Positions 21,045-32,022 are shown, numbered from the stretch's first letter. The stretch is DNA of 64,000 bases from Gemmatimonadaceae bacterium (GCA_044224875.1 JBGAJQ010000002.1:64001-128000); one strand, 5' to 3'. Numbers and translations: made by a program. The notes: generated by a model not told the origin, from the sequence alone.

Positions 21045-23645
21045 GTGCGAATCGTACGCGCCGCTGCAACGCTCGTTTGTAGTGCACTGCTGTCTGGAGA
21101 GCTGTGCGGTCAGGGTACCGGCGCCGCCGCCCTGGGCCCGCTGGTCCAGGGACTAGGAGTCAACATGCGTGTGCTCGTCATCGGTGCGCATCCAGACGAC
21201 GAAGACACGCAGCTCATTGCATGGTTGGCGCGAGGCCGCCAGGTGGAGACGGCCTACCTGGCGCTGACACGCGGCGATGGGGGGCAAAACCTCATTGGCA
21301 ACGAACTCGGCGAAGCGTTAGGCGCCATTCGCACGGAAGAGCTGTTGGCGGCGCGGCGGCTTGATGGCGGCAAGCAGTTCTTCGCGCGCGCCTACGATTT
21401 CGGATTCTCGAAGAACGCGCAGGAGGCCCTGACCCAGTGGCCGCACGATTCGCTGTTGCGAGACGTCCTGACCGTCGTGCGGACGTTTCGTCCACACGTC
21501 ATTGTCAGCGTATTCAGTGGCACGCCACGCGATGGTCATGGTCAGCACCAGGTGGCTGGACTTCTGGCACGCGAGGCGTACGACGTGGCTGGAGACACGG
21601 TGCGATTTCCTCGTACCATGACCGCGGGAGCTGGCGGCTGGACGCCACTCAAGTTCTACCGAGGTGCGTTCTTTCGGAACGAGGCCGCCACCATTCGCAT
21701 CAACGTGGGCGAGTTCAGCTCCGTGCTCGGCCGCTCGTACTCCGAGATCGCCGCCGACTCGAGGTCGCAACATCGGTCACAAGCAATGGGTTCATTGCAG
21801 CGGAAGGGCGTGCGGTACGACTTCCTGATTCGCGAAGCGATGCGGGTGAGTGCGCCAGAGGATCCCAAGGCCGAGGCGTCCATTTTCGATGGGATCGACA
21901 CGACGTGGGCCCGATTCCGAGCCGTGGTGACGTCGCCGGGGCGGCGAGCCAGCTTGGACTCACTGGGCGATGCCTTTGCCGCGGTGCGTTCGCAACTCGA
22001 CCTGATGGACCCATCGCGAGTGGTGGCACCGCTGGCGCGATTGCAGCGGCTCATGCGCCAGGTGTGCGGCCCGGCCGCGGTCGGCAACCCGTGTGGCAGC
22101 GTTGCGACTGACGGGTCCCTTCTCATCGGGGACGCCGACTTGCACGGGTCCATGGAAGTCGCCGCCGAGCGGGTGGAGCGCGCCCTGGCCCTTGCCAGCG
22201 GCATCGCCGTCGAGGCTACGACTCCCCGTGAGGTGTACGCGACCACCGACTCGATCCCCGTTCTCGTCGAAGCGTTCAATCGCGGAAAGCTTCCCGTCAG
22301 CATGAACCGCATGCTGGTGATTGCCGACCACGGATCCATCACCCGTGAGCTTGGTGCCAGGGTGCTGCGTCCGGACTCGGTGCTTCGCGACTCGGTCTCG
22401 TTCCGCATGTCGACGGCCACGAGTCCGTGGTGGCTACGCGTTCCGCGTCGCGGTGCGGTGTTCGGTGTACCAGGGTCAACACGAGACGAGGCGACGGCCA
22501 GCGCAGCGGCGACGCTGCTCACCCAATTCACCGTTGGTGAGGCGACGTTCGCCACGTGGACCCCCGTCGTAAACCGCGTGGCCGATCCGGTCCGCGGCGA
22601 CATCTCCCGCCCCGTGGCCGCGGCGCCTGCCGTCACACTCACACTCGACCGGGAGGTCGAGTACGCGCCGGCCAACAGCAGCATTCAACGTCCAGTCCGC
22701 GTGCACGTACGTTCGGCCGCCTCGGCGGCGAAGGAAGTCCGTGTGACACTGGAGTTGCCGAGCGGCTTGCTGGCAGACTCCGCGACCCGAGCCGTTACGC
22801 TGCCAGCGGGAGCGCAACGCACGCTGACGTTCAGCGTGCGCGGTCGCCTAACGCCGGGCCGGCACCAGTTGCGCGCCACCGCAACGTCCGGCGGCGAGAC
22901 CTTCCAGACAGGGTATTCCGCCATCGAATATGACCACATCCGAACGCAACGTTTGTACCGACACGCGACGCTTGCCCTTGAAGCCGTTGATGTGAATGTC
23001 CCACGGGGGCTCACCGTCGCGTACATCAACGGCGTGGGCGATAACATCGCGCCAATGCTCGAGCAACTCGGCGTGTCCGTCACAGTCCTGGACCCGGCGG
23101 CACTACCCCGAACTGACCTTTCGAAGTATGGTGCCGTGATCGTCGGAACCAGGGCATACGAAGCCAGTGACGCGCTGGTGGCCAACAATGCGCGCCTATT
23201 GGACTATGCCAAGGACGGAGGAACCCTCGTGGTCCAGTACGGTCAGTACGAGATGCAGTCGGCGGGCATCATGCCATACCCCATCACCCTGTCGCGCCCC
23301 GCGGATCGCGTCACCGTGGAAGGCGCACCCGTGCGAGTGCTCGACGCCACGTCCTCCCTGCTGAGTGCACCCAACAAGATTGCAGCTGCTGACTTCAGCG
23401 GGTGGCAACAGGACCTGACGCTGTACATGCCGCGCACCTTCGACAAGGCGTACACACCATTGCTCGAGACGAGCGACCCGGGTGAGCCGGGAAATCAGGG
23501 AGCCCTCTTGGTTGCGGCGTTAGGCAAGGGGACCTACGTGTACACGACGCTGGCGTTCTTCCGGCAATTGCCGGCGGGGGTTCCTGGCGCCGCCCGACTC
23601 TTTGTCAACCTGATGGCCGCCAAGGCGGCGCGCGTTGCCCAATGA
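21045..23645 (+). CDS. PIG-L/LmbE-family deacetylase with C-terminal accessory (NEW3-like and glutamine-amidotransferase-like) domains
   Basis: 'AHPDDED', 'TRGDGGQNLIG', 'RTEELLAARR', 'HGQHQ'; GTG start after GGAG, start uncertain. Confidence 0.88.
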   Translation: MRIVRAAATLVCSALLSGELCGQGTGAAALGPLVQGLGVNMRVLVIGAHPDDEDTQLIAWLARGRQVETAYLALTRGDGGQNLIGNELGEALGAIRTEELLAARRLDGGKQFFARAYDFGFSKNAQEALTQWPHDSLLRDVLTVVRTFRPHVIVSVFSGTPRDGHGQHQVAGLLAREAYDVAGDTVRFPRTMTAGAGGWTPLKFYRGAFFRNEAATIRINVGEFSSVLGRSYSEIAADSRSQHRSQAMGSLQRKGVRYDFLIREAMRVSAPEDPKAEASIFDGIDTTWARFRAVVTSPGRRASLDSLGDAFAAVRSQLDLMDPSRVVAPLARLQRLMRQVCGPAAVGNPCGSVATDGSLLIGDADLHGSMEVAAERVERALALASGIAVEATTPREVYATTDSIPVLVEAFNRGKLPVSMNRMLVIADHGSITRELGARVLRPDSVLRDSVSFRMSTATSPWWLRVPRRGAVFGVPGSTRDEATASAAATLLTQFTVGEATFATWTPVVNRVADPVRGDISRPVAAAPAVTLTLDREVEYAPANSSIQRPVRVHVRSAASAAKEVRVTLELPSGLLADSATRAVTLPAGAQRTLTFSVRGRLTPGRHQLRATATSGGETFQTGYSAIEYDHIRTQRLYRHATLALEAVDVNVPRGLTVAYINGVGDNIAPMLEQLGVSVTVLDPAALPRTDLSKYGAVIVGTRAYEASDALVANNARLLDYAKDGGTLVVQYGQYEMQSAGIMPYPITLSRPADRVTVEGAPVRVLDATSSLLSAPNKIAAADFSGWQQDLTLYMPRTFDKAYTPLLETSDPGEPGNQGALLVAALGKGTYVYTTLAFFRQLPAGVPGAARLFVNLMAAKAARVAQ

Positions 23646-24943
23646 GACACGCGCGGCTGGCGGGCGGCCGACAGCGCTTCCATGAGCCCCCTGATCGACC
23701 GCGCGTCGTCATCGTAGGCGGCGGGTTTGGTGGCATCCATGCCGCCCGGCGACTCCGCCACGCGGATGCCGAGGTCGTGGTCATCGATCGTACGAATCAC
23801 CATCTGTTCCAGCCGCTGTTGTACCAGGTAGCCACCGCCACGCTGGCACCGAGCGATATCGCAGTGCCTATCCGATGGTTGTTACGCAAGCAGGCCAACA
23901 CTCGGGTGGTGCTCGGTTCGGTCACTGAGATCGATCGCGAACGACGGATCGTGTGTGTCGAGGGGGCACCGGATGAGCCGTACGACTACCTCATCGTGGC
24001 CACGGGAACGCGACACGCCTATTTCGGCCATGATGAGTGGGAGGCCATCGCCCCGGGACTCAAGAGTCTCGACGACGCGCTCGATATCCGACACCGTTTT
24101 CTCTCCGCGTTCGAACGCGCCGAGGTGGCGGAGGACGAGGAGACGCGTCAGGCATGGCTGACCTTCGTGGTGGTGGGCGGCGGACCAACGGGAGTGGAGC
24201 TGGCGGGCATTATGGCGACGATTGCCAGGACGGCCTTGCGGCCTGATTTCCGTCGCATCGATACCTCACACACACGGTTGGTGCTGGCGGAGGCGGGCCC
24301 TCGTGTGCTGCCAAACCTCCCAGAAACCCTCTCGGCTCGTGCCCAGCGCGACCTCGAGGGCATGCGTGTGGAAGTCCGGACCCATACCAAGGTCACCAAA
24401 GTTGCATCCGATGCGGTATGGTTCGGAGACGAACAGCTGCACGCACGAACCGTGATCTGGGCCGCCGGCAATTCCGGTGGTCCGCTGGGGCTGCAGCTCG
24501 CGCAACCACCGGATCGTTCGCGACGCGTGGCGGTTACACCCGACCTGTCGGTTCCGGGGGACCCTAACGTGTTCGTGGTGGGTGACCTCGCCATGGTGAA
24601 GCGTGACGACGGGTCGGCAGTCCCTGGCGTGGCGCAGGGGGCGATGCAGATGGGAGACTGCGCTGGCGACAACGTGCTGCGTTCGTTGCGCCGTCAGCCG
24701 CGACGAGCGTTCCACTACAGGAATCTGGGTGACATGGCCACCATCGGACGTTACAGCGCGGTGGCACTGATTGGCGGCGTGGAAATCACCGGGTGGCTCG
24801 CTTGGTGGGCTTGGCTGTTCATACACATCATGCACCTGGCCGGATTTCGCAATCGACTGAGCGTCCTGCTGCAATGGGGCTGGTCGTACTTCACGTGGGA
24901 GCGCGGCGTACGGCTCATTGTCGACAGCGAGCGACGACGCTGA
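23642..24943 (+). CDS. ndh: Type II NADH dehydrogenase (NAD(P)/FAD oxidoreductase)
   Basis: 'GGGFGG', 'HLFQPLLYQVAT', 'GGGPTGVELAG', 'FHYRNLGDMATIGR'. Confidence 0.9.
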   Translation: MRHARLAGGRQRFHEPPDRPRVVIVGGGFGGIHAARRLRHADAEVVVIDRTNHHLFQPLLYQVATATLAPSDIAVPIRWLLRKQANTRVVLGSVTEIDRERRIVCVEGAPDEPYDYLIVATGTRHAYFGHDEWEAIAPGLKSLDDALDIRHRFLSAFERAEVAEDEETRQAWLTFVVVGGGPTGVELAGIMATIARTALRPDFRRIDTSHTRLVLAEAGPRVLPNLPETLSARAQRDLEGMRVEVRTHTKVTKVASDAVWFGDEQLHARTVIWAAGNSGGPLGLQLAQPPDRSRRVAVTPDLSVPGDPNVFVVGDLAMVKRDDGSAVPGVAQGAMQMGDCAGDNVLRSLRRQPRRAFHYRNLGDMATIGRYSAVALIGGVEITGWLAWWAWLFIHIMHLAGFRNRLSVLLQWGWSYFTWERGVRLIVDSERRR

Positions 24944-25042
24944 GCAGGTCCGTCCCCGGGGGAAGCGATTCGCCCCGTCGTCTGACTAAGGGTCATTCCG
25001 CCAGCACGCTTTCGACCGCATGTTCTCGGCGCGAACGCCACC

Positions 25043-27550
25043 GTGAGCACGAACCTTCCTACGCCCCGACGAATGAGCCACTCGACTGGCTTCCGCCCTA
25101 GCGGCCTGCTCCTCACTCACGTTGCCGCTCTTGCCTTCGTCTGTTCGCTACCCCGCAACGCCGACGCGCAGTGGACGAATCGATATCCAAAGAACGTCGG
25201 CTTCGGTCATCAGGTCTATCTCGAAGGGTATGAGCTACCGACACTAGCAACAGGCGTGGTTGATCCCGTCGTGGCGCCGGACGGCAAGACCATGGCTTTC
25301 GCGTCCCGCGGCTGGTTGTGGCGCATGGACCTGACCACAGGCGAGGCGGAGCGGCTGACGACAGGGGCAGGGGTCGATTCGCGTCCTGCGTGGTCGCCCG
25401 ACGGACGTCAGCTGGCGTTTGTTCGAGACGACAGCCGCACCACCGCCATCGTCGTCCGGGACCTCGCCTCCGGCGCGGAACGCGAGATCGATCGCGGCAT
25501 GTCCCTCGATCCAGCATTCACGCCCGATGGACAGGGCTTGTACTTCGCCAATGCCAGCGCTGGGGACTTGGATATCTGGCGAGCCGATCTGACCAACGGC
25601 ACGAAGACCCGCGTGACGACGTCGTCCGCTGGGTTGGAGCTGCGGCCCCTCGCGCTGCCGGACGGACAACGCCTGATGTACGTCAGCAAGACGCGTGGCG
25701 GGCAGGACGAGGTGAGGTTACGACGCCTGGACGATGGCAGTGAGCGGTCGCTTCTGGCCGGCAGCATCGTGTCGAACCTTCGACCGGCGCTGTCACCAAA
25801 CGGAACGCTGCTGGTGTACAGTTGGCCGGTGGACGACGGGAGCTGGGAGTTGCGGCTGTCGAGCATCGAACGGCCGGGTGTTTCGATCAGTCTCGTGCGT
25901 CAACCGCGTGGCCGCCCGCTCACGCCATCATGGAGCCCGGACGGTGCCTGGATTTACTACGTGGAGAGCGATCGCAGCCAAGTGATGCAACTGTGGCGAA
26001 TCAGCGTCAACGGTGGAGCTGCCGAGCGAATCTCAGTGCGTGCGTGGGACTGGCGTGCGCCAATGGGGCGGGTCGTCGTACGGACGCGCGTTGCCGGTGC
26101 CGCGGGCGTGGTACCGGCACGCTTGAATGTTGTGGACGGCAACGGCCATCCGATAATTCCGGGTCAGGGCCAAGCTCGATTCGACGGCCAGAACGGACGC
26201 GTCTATTGGTACACTCCGGGCACGGTCGAGCTGGTCGCTCCTGTTGGGACACTCACGGTGCGCGCCGTGCGGGGGTTGGCAACTGTGGAGCAGACAGCCA
26301 TCATCGCGGTGAGCAGCGGCGAAGTACGCGACACCACCATTGCGTTGACGCCCCTTTGGAATGCACAGGCCAACGGCTGGTACTCAGGCGATCACCACTT
26401 TCATCTCAACTACGGTGGGCAGTTCGACCTGCTCCCGGATGACCTCGTCCCACTCATGCAAGGCGAGGATCTGGATGTCGGCACGCCCATGCTGGCGAAC
26501 CTCCACAATCGATTCCTCGATCAATCGCTGTGGGGCTACGAGCGTCTGGGAAGCGCACCCCTGATTGCGTTCGCGCAGGAGATTCGGCCGCATTTTCTCG
26601 GGCACGTGGGTTCGATCGGCACGCGGGTGCTGGAATGGCCGTGGGTGTGGGGACCCGGGTACGAGGTCTATGGTCGAGACGACCGTCCGAGCGCCAACGT
26701 GCTCGATGCGGTACGCGCGCATGGCGGACTGGGGACCTACGTTCACCCGATGCCGCGCGATGCGTTCGATGCCGACAGCTCAATCTCCATCATTCCCGTT
26801 GGCATCGTGCCAGATGCCGTGCTGGGACATGTGGACCTGCTGGAGGTGGCGTGTCTGTGGAGTGACGAAATCGGCTCGTCGAAACTCTGGTACCACTTCC
26901 TGAACCTCGGCATCCCGATCGCACCGGAGGCCGGAACCGATGCGATGACGGACTTTCATCGCACCATGGCCGTTGGTGCCACGCGGGTATACGTCCGTCC
27001 TGACGGACCCTTCAGCTATCAGTCGTACTTGGCGGCGCTGAAGGCCGGACGATCGTTCGTCACCAACGGACCGCTCCTGGACGTGCGCATCGGAGGCCAG
27101 CAGCCAGGCGATGTCGTTCCAGCCGGAGCGAACGTGCCGTTTCGCATTGTGTTGAGAAGTGCGGTGCCCGTTGCCAAGGTCGAGGTGGTGGTCAACGGCA
27201 CCGTGGCGTGGTCGTCCGCCGGCGTCGACTCGTCAGGCACTCGTGAGTTCACCGGCACCCTTCGTCTCCCGACGGCTGGCTGGGTCGCCGTGCGCGCCAC
27301 GGGACCGCGGACGGAGCGCTGGCCAGCGATGGACAGTTACGCGTTTGCGCACACCGCGCCCATCTGGATCGGGCGCCACAGCTCCGTCGAGGGGGCCGCG
27401 CAGCGCGCATCGGCCGGCGAGTTGCTGCGCATCTTGGACAATGCCGAGCAGCGCCTGAATGCGGGGTACGTGGGCAGCGAGATTCCAATCTTGCGCGCGC
27501 ACTTTGCCGCGGCCCGGGCGGAGTTGCAGCGACGAGCCGCCGCGAAGTGA
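25043..27550 (+). CDS. Exported TolB-like (PD40) propeller plus CehA/McbA-type PHP-fold metallohydrolase
   Basis: Repeated 'WSPDG/SPNG' blades; 'GDHHFH', 'YVHP', 'GTDA', 'GRSFVTNGP'. Confidence 0.8.
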   Translation: MSTNLPTPRRMSHSTGFRPSGLLLTHVAALAFVCSLPRNADAQWTNRYPKNVGFGHQVYLEGYELPTLATGVVDPVVAPDGKTMAFASRGWLWRMDLTTGEAERLTTGAGVDSRPAWSPDGRQLAFVRDDSRTTAIVVRDLASGAEREIDRGMSLDPAFTPDGQGLYFANASAGDLDIWRADLTNGTKTRVTTSSAGLELRPLALPDGQRLMYVSKTRGGQDEVRLRRLDDGSERSLLAGSIVSNLRPALSPNGTLLVYSWPVDDGSWELRLSSIERPGVSISLVRQPRGRPLTPSWSPDGAWIYYVESDRSQVMQLWRISVNGGAAERISVRAWDWRAPMGRVVVRTRVAGAAGVVPARLNVVDGNGHPIIPGQGQARFDGQNGRVYWYTPGTVELVAPVGTLTVRAVRGLATVEQTAIIAVSSGEVRDTTIALTPLWNAQANGWYSGDHHFHLNYGGQFDLLPDDLVPLMQGEDLDVGTPMLANLHNRFLDQSLWGYERLGSAPLIAFAQEIRPHFLGHVGSIGTRVLEWPWVWGPGYEVYGRDDRPSANVLDAVRAHGGLGTYVHPMPRDAFDADSSISIIPVGIVPDAVLGHVDLLEVACLWSDEIGSSKLWYHFLNLGIPIAPEAGTDAMTDFHRTMAVGATRVYVRPDGPFSYQSYLAALKAGRSFVTNGPLLDVRIGGQQPGDVVPAGANVPFRIVLRSAVPVAKVEVVVNGTVAWSSAGVDSSGTREFTGTLRLPTAGWVAVRATGPRTERWPAMDSYAFAHTAPIWIGRHSSVEGAAQRASAGELLRILDNAEQRLNAGYVGSEIPILRAHFAAARAELQRRAAAK

Positions 27551-27553
27551 CGC

Positions 27554-28612
27554 CTAACGTCTAACGGCGGTAGTCTCCAGGAGTTGCTCGCGAACGGTGC
27601 GCACCTTGCCCGCCCGTTCGAGCGCGGCCCACAGGCGCGCGACCGTCTCCCCATCCACCAGGCCTGCGGGCGACCCACTCGCGGGTCCGGAGAGTCGCTC
27701 CGAGGCCCGAAACGCATCCACCGCCTGGATGGTCTCGGCGGTAAACGCCAGGGCGTCATCGCTCCGCACCAAGGCCGCCTCTCCGGCACGGAAGAAGCCG
27801 AGTGCGTGGAGCATCACCTTCAGCTGCCATATGTCGTTGCCGCTGAACGCCTGCAACGTCCGGAAGCCTAACGTTTGAGAAATGGCGTCGTAGATGCGCC
27901 GCATCTCGGCGACGGGGTCCGCATGCTCGCAGACGGATATCTGCGCGGTGACGCCATCGGCGCGGCGCGACCGTCCCGGTCGCGGATCGGCCACCAGCAC
28001 GGCTGCCGACTGCTGGCGTCCATGGCGCGCGTCGCCACCCACCGCGTGCCCCGCTGCGATCGCCTCGATCAAGCGGTCGGCAAGGTGTCGCGGCGTCCCG
28101 TCGCTCGCCTCGAACGTACGCGCGACGGCCTCCAGGACCTCGGGGCCGACGAGGAGGTTGCCCTGCGTGACGTAGTTGGGTCCCGTGCGTTGTCCCGCCC
28201 ACGCATTCGTTCCCGTCCCCGTGTACTGAGCGCTCGCGCCACCCACCGCGATGACGCCCACCTGGCGGGAGCGCGCCAGGGTGTCCTTCGCCAGCGCGTC
28301 ACGCAGCGCGATCTCAGGTGCAACGCCACGGGCCAGGGCGTCCAGCAGTTCGCTCCCGTACTCCGTGCGCGTGTTCGCCTGCGTGGCGACGGCGCCGACT
28401 CCGGCCCGTACCCATGGTACGCCGTTGCCAACGCAGGGCACGCGTGTGGTTACGGCAACCCCGCTCTCCCCGGTCCGCGGATCGATCGCGGCGATCGAGA
28501 AGGTGTGAAAGACGAGGGAGTCGCGCCAAGCGGCCGGCACCTGTCCAAAGAGTGGCGGTGCCGTCAGCATCAACGACAGCGTGGCGAGTTCAACGCGGGC
28601 GACAGCGCGCAT
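27554..28612 (-). CDS. DUF1028-family Ntn-hydrolase-like protein with C-terminal peptidoglycan-binding-like domain
   Basis: 'HTFSIAAIDPRTGESGVAV', 'GVGAVATQA', 'QGNLL', 'GGDAR...QSAA'. Confidence 0.88.
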   Translation of the reverse strand: MRAVARVELATLSLMLTAPPLFGQVPAAWRDSLVFHTFSIAAIDPRTGESGVAVTTRVPCVGNGVPWVRAGVGAVATQANTRTEYGSELLDALARGVAPEIALRDALAKDTLARSRQVGVIAVGGASAQYTGTGTNAWAGQRTGPNYVTQGNLLVGPEVLEAVARTFEASDGTPRHLADRLIEAIAAGHAVGGDARHGRQQSAAVLVADPRPGRSRRADGVTAQISVCEHADPVAEMRRIYDAISQTLGFRTLQAFSGNDIWQLKVMLHALGFFRAGEAALVRSDDALAFTAETIQAVDAFRASERLSGPASGSPAGLVDGETVARLWAALERAGKVRTVREQLLETTAVRR

Positions 28613-28657
28613 GGGTGACCTCCACAGGCTTTGGCAGGCCAGCCACCGGACCGCGCG

Positions 28658-30028
28658 TCAGGCGGCCACGGCCGCCCGCGTCTTCGCGTACTGGTCCAGT
28701 CCGAGTCCCAGGAAAATCGTGGCCAGGACGAAGGCCGCCGAAAAATAGAAGGGCACCGCGATGCCGAGCGAGTCGAACGCCCAGCCGTAAAACAGCGGCG
28801 CCACGATGCGCGCCACGCCTCCGAACGTCTGCTGGATGCCCATGTACAATCCACGCTCATTCGGCGCGATCACGCGCGACAGGAGCGCGGTCACGCAGGG
28901 AAACGTGAACGCCGTGCCTAACGGGATCATGGCCACGGCGATGGCCAGCGTGCCGATGTTACCCGCGAACGGCATGCCCAGCACGCCCGCGGCCAGCGTC
29001 ACGATCCCCAACCGCGACAACCTCGCCTCGCCAAACCGATCCACCAGTCTCCCTAGCAGCAACACGCGCGCAAAGACGGAGATCGCACCGATGTACATAA
29101 AGAAGAACCCGATCGTCTTTTCCGTGACCTGGAAGCGCGCGTTGAGGAAGAGTGCGAGGACCGCCGTGATCCCCTGAAAGGCCCCAATGGCGATGGCATA
29201 GATCCAGATGAGCCGCGACGACGCTTCCCCGGAATGCGAGATCACGCGCCAGATCGCTTCTCGTGGACGGCGTTGCTGCGCGGCGTGCGCGGCGTGGGAC
29301 TCGCGCGACTCCGTGAGGTACTTGGCGGCGAAGGCCATGTTCAGCAGGCACAAGGTGGCCGCTACAATTCCTGGCGCCGCGTGTCCCATCGACATGTGAC
29401 CGGTACCGGGCATCAAGTCGATGTCCCCGAGTGACACGGAAAACGTGCCAAGCACGGGGCCAAGGGCCACACCAAGGTTGGTGGCCGCCGACAGCCAGCC
29501 TAACGCACGGGCGCGATTCTCTGGTTCCGTCGCGTCGGCGACGTAGGCCTGGATCACGCCCACCGTCCCTCCGCCAGCTCCCTGGACAATGCGCGAGAGC
29601 AACAGGAGGAACAACGAGTTTGCGAACCCAAAGATCAGGTACGCCACGGCCGATGCCCCCAGCGCAATCAACAGCGCCGGTCGGCGTCCGAACCGATCGG
29701 AAAAGCGACCCCACACGGGGGCGCTCAGCAGCTGTGCCACTGTGAAGGCAGACACCACGACCCCGGAGATCAACCCCACACCGGCGGTCGCCCCGCCAAA
29801 CAGGTGCACTCCCTCGCCGCCCAGCTTTTTCACATAGAATGGCAGCAGCGGAATGATCATCAACAAACCCACCATGTCGATGAACGCCGTGGCCATCAGT
29901 GCGAACAGACGAGCGGGAATTTTTCGCACCTCCTGCGCCAGCACATACGTCAACGCCAAGCCGATCGCGCCAACCGCCACGCGGACGATGGGAGACTCCA
30001 GGGACTGCGCGATGTTCAATTGCGCCAT
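28658..30028 (-). CDS. MFS transporter, TetA/DHA1-like
   Basis: Motif A 'GRFSDRFGRRP', 'QAYVAD', about 12-13 hydrophobic segments. Confidence 0.9.
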   Translation of the reverse strand: MAQLNIAQSLESPIVRVAVGAIGLALTYVLAQEVRKIPARLFALMATAFIDMVGLLMIIPLLPFYVKKLGGEGVHLFGGATAGVGLISGVVVSAFTVAQLLSAPVWGRFSDRFGRRPALLIALGASAVAYLIFGFANSLFLLLLSRIVQGAGGGTVGVIQAYVADATEPENRARALGWLSAATNLGVALGPVLGTFSVSLGDIDLMPGTGHMSMGHAAPGIVAATLCLLNMAFAAKYLTESRESHAAHAAQQRRPREAIWRVISHSGEASSRLIWIYAIAIGAFQGITAVLALFLNARFQVTEKTIGFFFMYIGAISVFARVLLLGRLVDRFGEARLSRLGIVTLAAGVLGMPFAGNIGTLAIAVAMIPLGTAFTFPCVTALLSRVIAPNERGLYMGIQQTFGGVARIVAPLFYGWAFDSLGIAVPFYFSAAFVLATIFLGLGLDQYAKTRAAVAA

Positions 30029-30034
30029 ATCGGC

Positions 30035-30946
30035 TCAGTCGCTCACACGGCCAAGGGCCGACGGCGGCAGGGAGCGACCGACGACTCCGGCCAGGGCTAC
30101 TATAGTCAGCGCGTAAGGGATCATCTCGACAAACTGTGAGGGGATCAGCTGCAACCCCTGAAGTTGAATCTGCAACGTTTCGGCAGCGGCAAACAGCACG
30201 CAGGCCACTGCCACCCGGCGAGGCTCCCAATTCCCGAAGATCACGGCCGCCAGGGCAATGAAGCCACGTCCCGCTGTCATGCTGTCAGTAAACTGATGCT
30301 GCTCCAGGGCCAGGTATGTCCCGCCGAGTGAGGCCAAGGCGCCTCCACCCAGCACGGCAATCCAGCGAACACGCGACACACCCACACCCAAGGTAATCGC
30401 CGCGTCGGGCTTTTCGCCCACGGCCCGTACGCGCAAGCCGAACGGTGTGCTGGACAACAGCCAGGCAACCAGCGGCAGAGATACAATCCCTAGGAACACC
30501 AAAGGGTTCACGAGGGACGACACGAGGCCAGTCAGCCGCGAGGCGTCGGCTGCCGCCCCCGGGCCGCTGGAGAACCAGTCAAATCCGCTCACGCGCGGAG
30601 AGTTGGAGGAGCTGTCAAACGCCAACCGGAGGAAGAAGCGCGTGACGCCAGCTGCCAGCAAGTTGATGGCGATGCCCACCACCACCTGGTCCGCGCGGAA
30701 GCGGACCGTAGCCACGGCGTGCAACGCCGCGGCCAGTAGGCCGCCAGCCACGCCACACAAGAGGCCAACCCACGGTGACTGCGCGTAGTAGCTGCCTAAC
30801 GTCGCACAAAACGCGCCGGTGAGCATCCACCCTTCCAACGTCAGCGCGATGACCCCCGACCGCTCGGAGAGCACGCCGCCCGCTGCCGCCAACAGGAACG
30901 GCGTGGCAATCCGCAGCGTCTGCACCAGGAACGCGAGCATCATCAT
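30035..30946 (-). CDS. ABC transporter permease (nucleoside/simple sugar type)
   Basis: 'SERSGV', 'TPFGLRVRAVGE', 'AGRGFIALAAVIFG', 'MIPY'. Confidence 0.92.
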   Translation of the reverse strand: MMMLAFLVQTLRIATPFLLAAAGGVLSERSGVIALTLEGWMLTGAFCATLGSYYAQSPWVGLLCGVAGGLLAAALHAVATVRFRADQVVVGIAINLLAAGVTRFFLRLAFDSSSNSPRVSGFDWFSSGPGAAADASRLTGLVSSLVNPLVFLGIVSLPLVAWLLSSTPFGLRVRAVGEKPDAAITLGVGVSRVRWIAVLGGGALASLGGTYLALEQHQFTDSMTAGRGFIALAAVIFGNWEPRRVAVACVLFAAAETLQIQLQGLQLIPSQFVEMIPYALTIVALAGVVGRSLPPSALGRVSD

Positions 30947-32022
30947 GAGGCCGAACCGTCGCTCGAGGCACTCCGCACGAGCCGTCGCACTTCGGGCACG
31001 GTCACGGCGACCGCGATGATCACGACCGCCGTCAACACGTCCACCATCTGTTTGGGCACCAGCGCATTGACCGCCAAGCCACCCTGCGAGAGTACCGCAA
31101 ACAACATCGCGGCCAGCACCACGCCAGCGGGATGGTTGCGGCCCACCAGGGCAACGGCGATCCCGATGTACCCGGCGCCGGCCGCGAACCCCTCCTCGTA
31201 GTAACGCTTGTACCCCAGGACGTAGTTGGTCCCTCCAAGCCCAGCCAACGCGCCGGAGAGCACCAGCGCCCGGAGCCAGACACCCCCGACGCGCACCCCG
31301 CCTGCCTCGGCGGCGGGAGGCTGCAAACCGACCGCCCGCAGCTCAAACCCGGCTCGGGTTCGGAAGAGGTACCACGCCACGGCACCCGCAAACAAGAGGG
31401 CGCCAACGACCATGAAATTCGCGGCGGATCCATGGAAGGCGGCCAGCACACTCGAAAGTCGCGCCACCTGACCGGCCCCGATCTCCGGCGTGTGCAACTG
31501 CTCCGGCACGTGCAGGCGCGTGGACACGATCCAGTTGAGGAACGCCAGCACGATAAAGTTCAGCATGATCGTGACAATGACCTCGCTGGTGCCAAAGCGC
31601 GCCTTGAGCGCGCCGGGCACGGCGCCGACCACGGCACCTCCAGCCGCCGCTCCCGCCAGGCACAACGGTATGGCCACAATTGCGGGACTTCCGGCCGGCA
31701 GCCACAGCCCCACCAACGCCGCACAGAATCCGCCCATGGCCAGCTGCCCTTCGGCGCCAATGTTGAACAACCCCGCGCGCAACCCAACAGCCACCGCCAA
31801 CCCGGTGAAAACCAGGGTCGTCGCCTTGTAGATCACCTGCCCAATGCCATAGGCATTGCCCAGCGTTCCGTCCAGCAACAACCGATAGACGTCGGCGGGC
31901 GACTGCCCGAACGCCAGTATGAGAATGTCACCAACGACGGCGGCGATCAGCAGCGCCACGACCGGTGCCGCCGCAGGTGCGATGCGCTGCATCATGGCCT
32001 GCGAACGAGTCATTGGCGTCAC
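30943..32022 (-). CDS. ABC transporter permease (nucleoside/simple sugar type)
   Basis: 'GLFNIGAEGQ', 'EVIVTIMLNF', 'GIAVALVGRNHP'; GTG start overlaps the ATPase stop (alternative ATG 32013). Confidence 0.92.
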   Translation of the reverse strand: MTPMTRSQAMMQRIAPAAAPVVALLIAAVVGDILILAFGQSPADVYRLLLDGTLGNAYGIGQVIYKATTLVFTGLAVAVGLRAGLFNIGAEGQLAMGGFCAALVGLWLPAGSPAIVAIPLCLAGAAAGGAVVGAVPGALKARFGTSEVIVTIMLNFIVLAFLNWIVSTRLHVPEQLHTPEIGAGQVARLSSVLAAFHGSAANFMVVGALLFAGAVAWYLFRTRAGFELRAVGLQPPAAEAGGVRVGGVWLRALVLSGALAGLGGTNYVLGYKRYYEEGFAAGAGYIGIAVALVGRNHPAGVVLAAMLFAVLSQGGLAVNALVPKQMVDVLTAVVIIAVAVTVPEVRRLVRSASSDGSAS

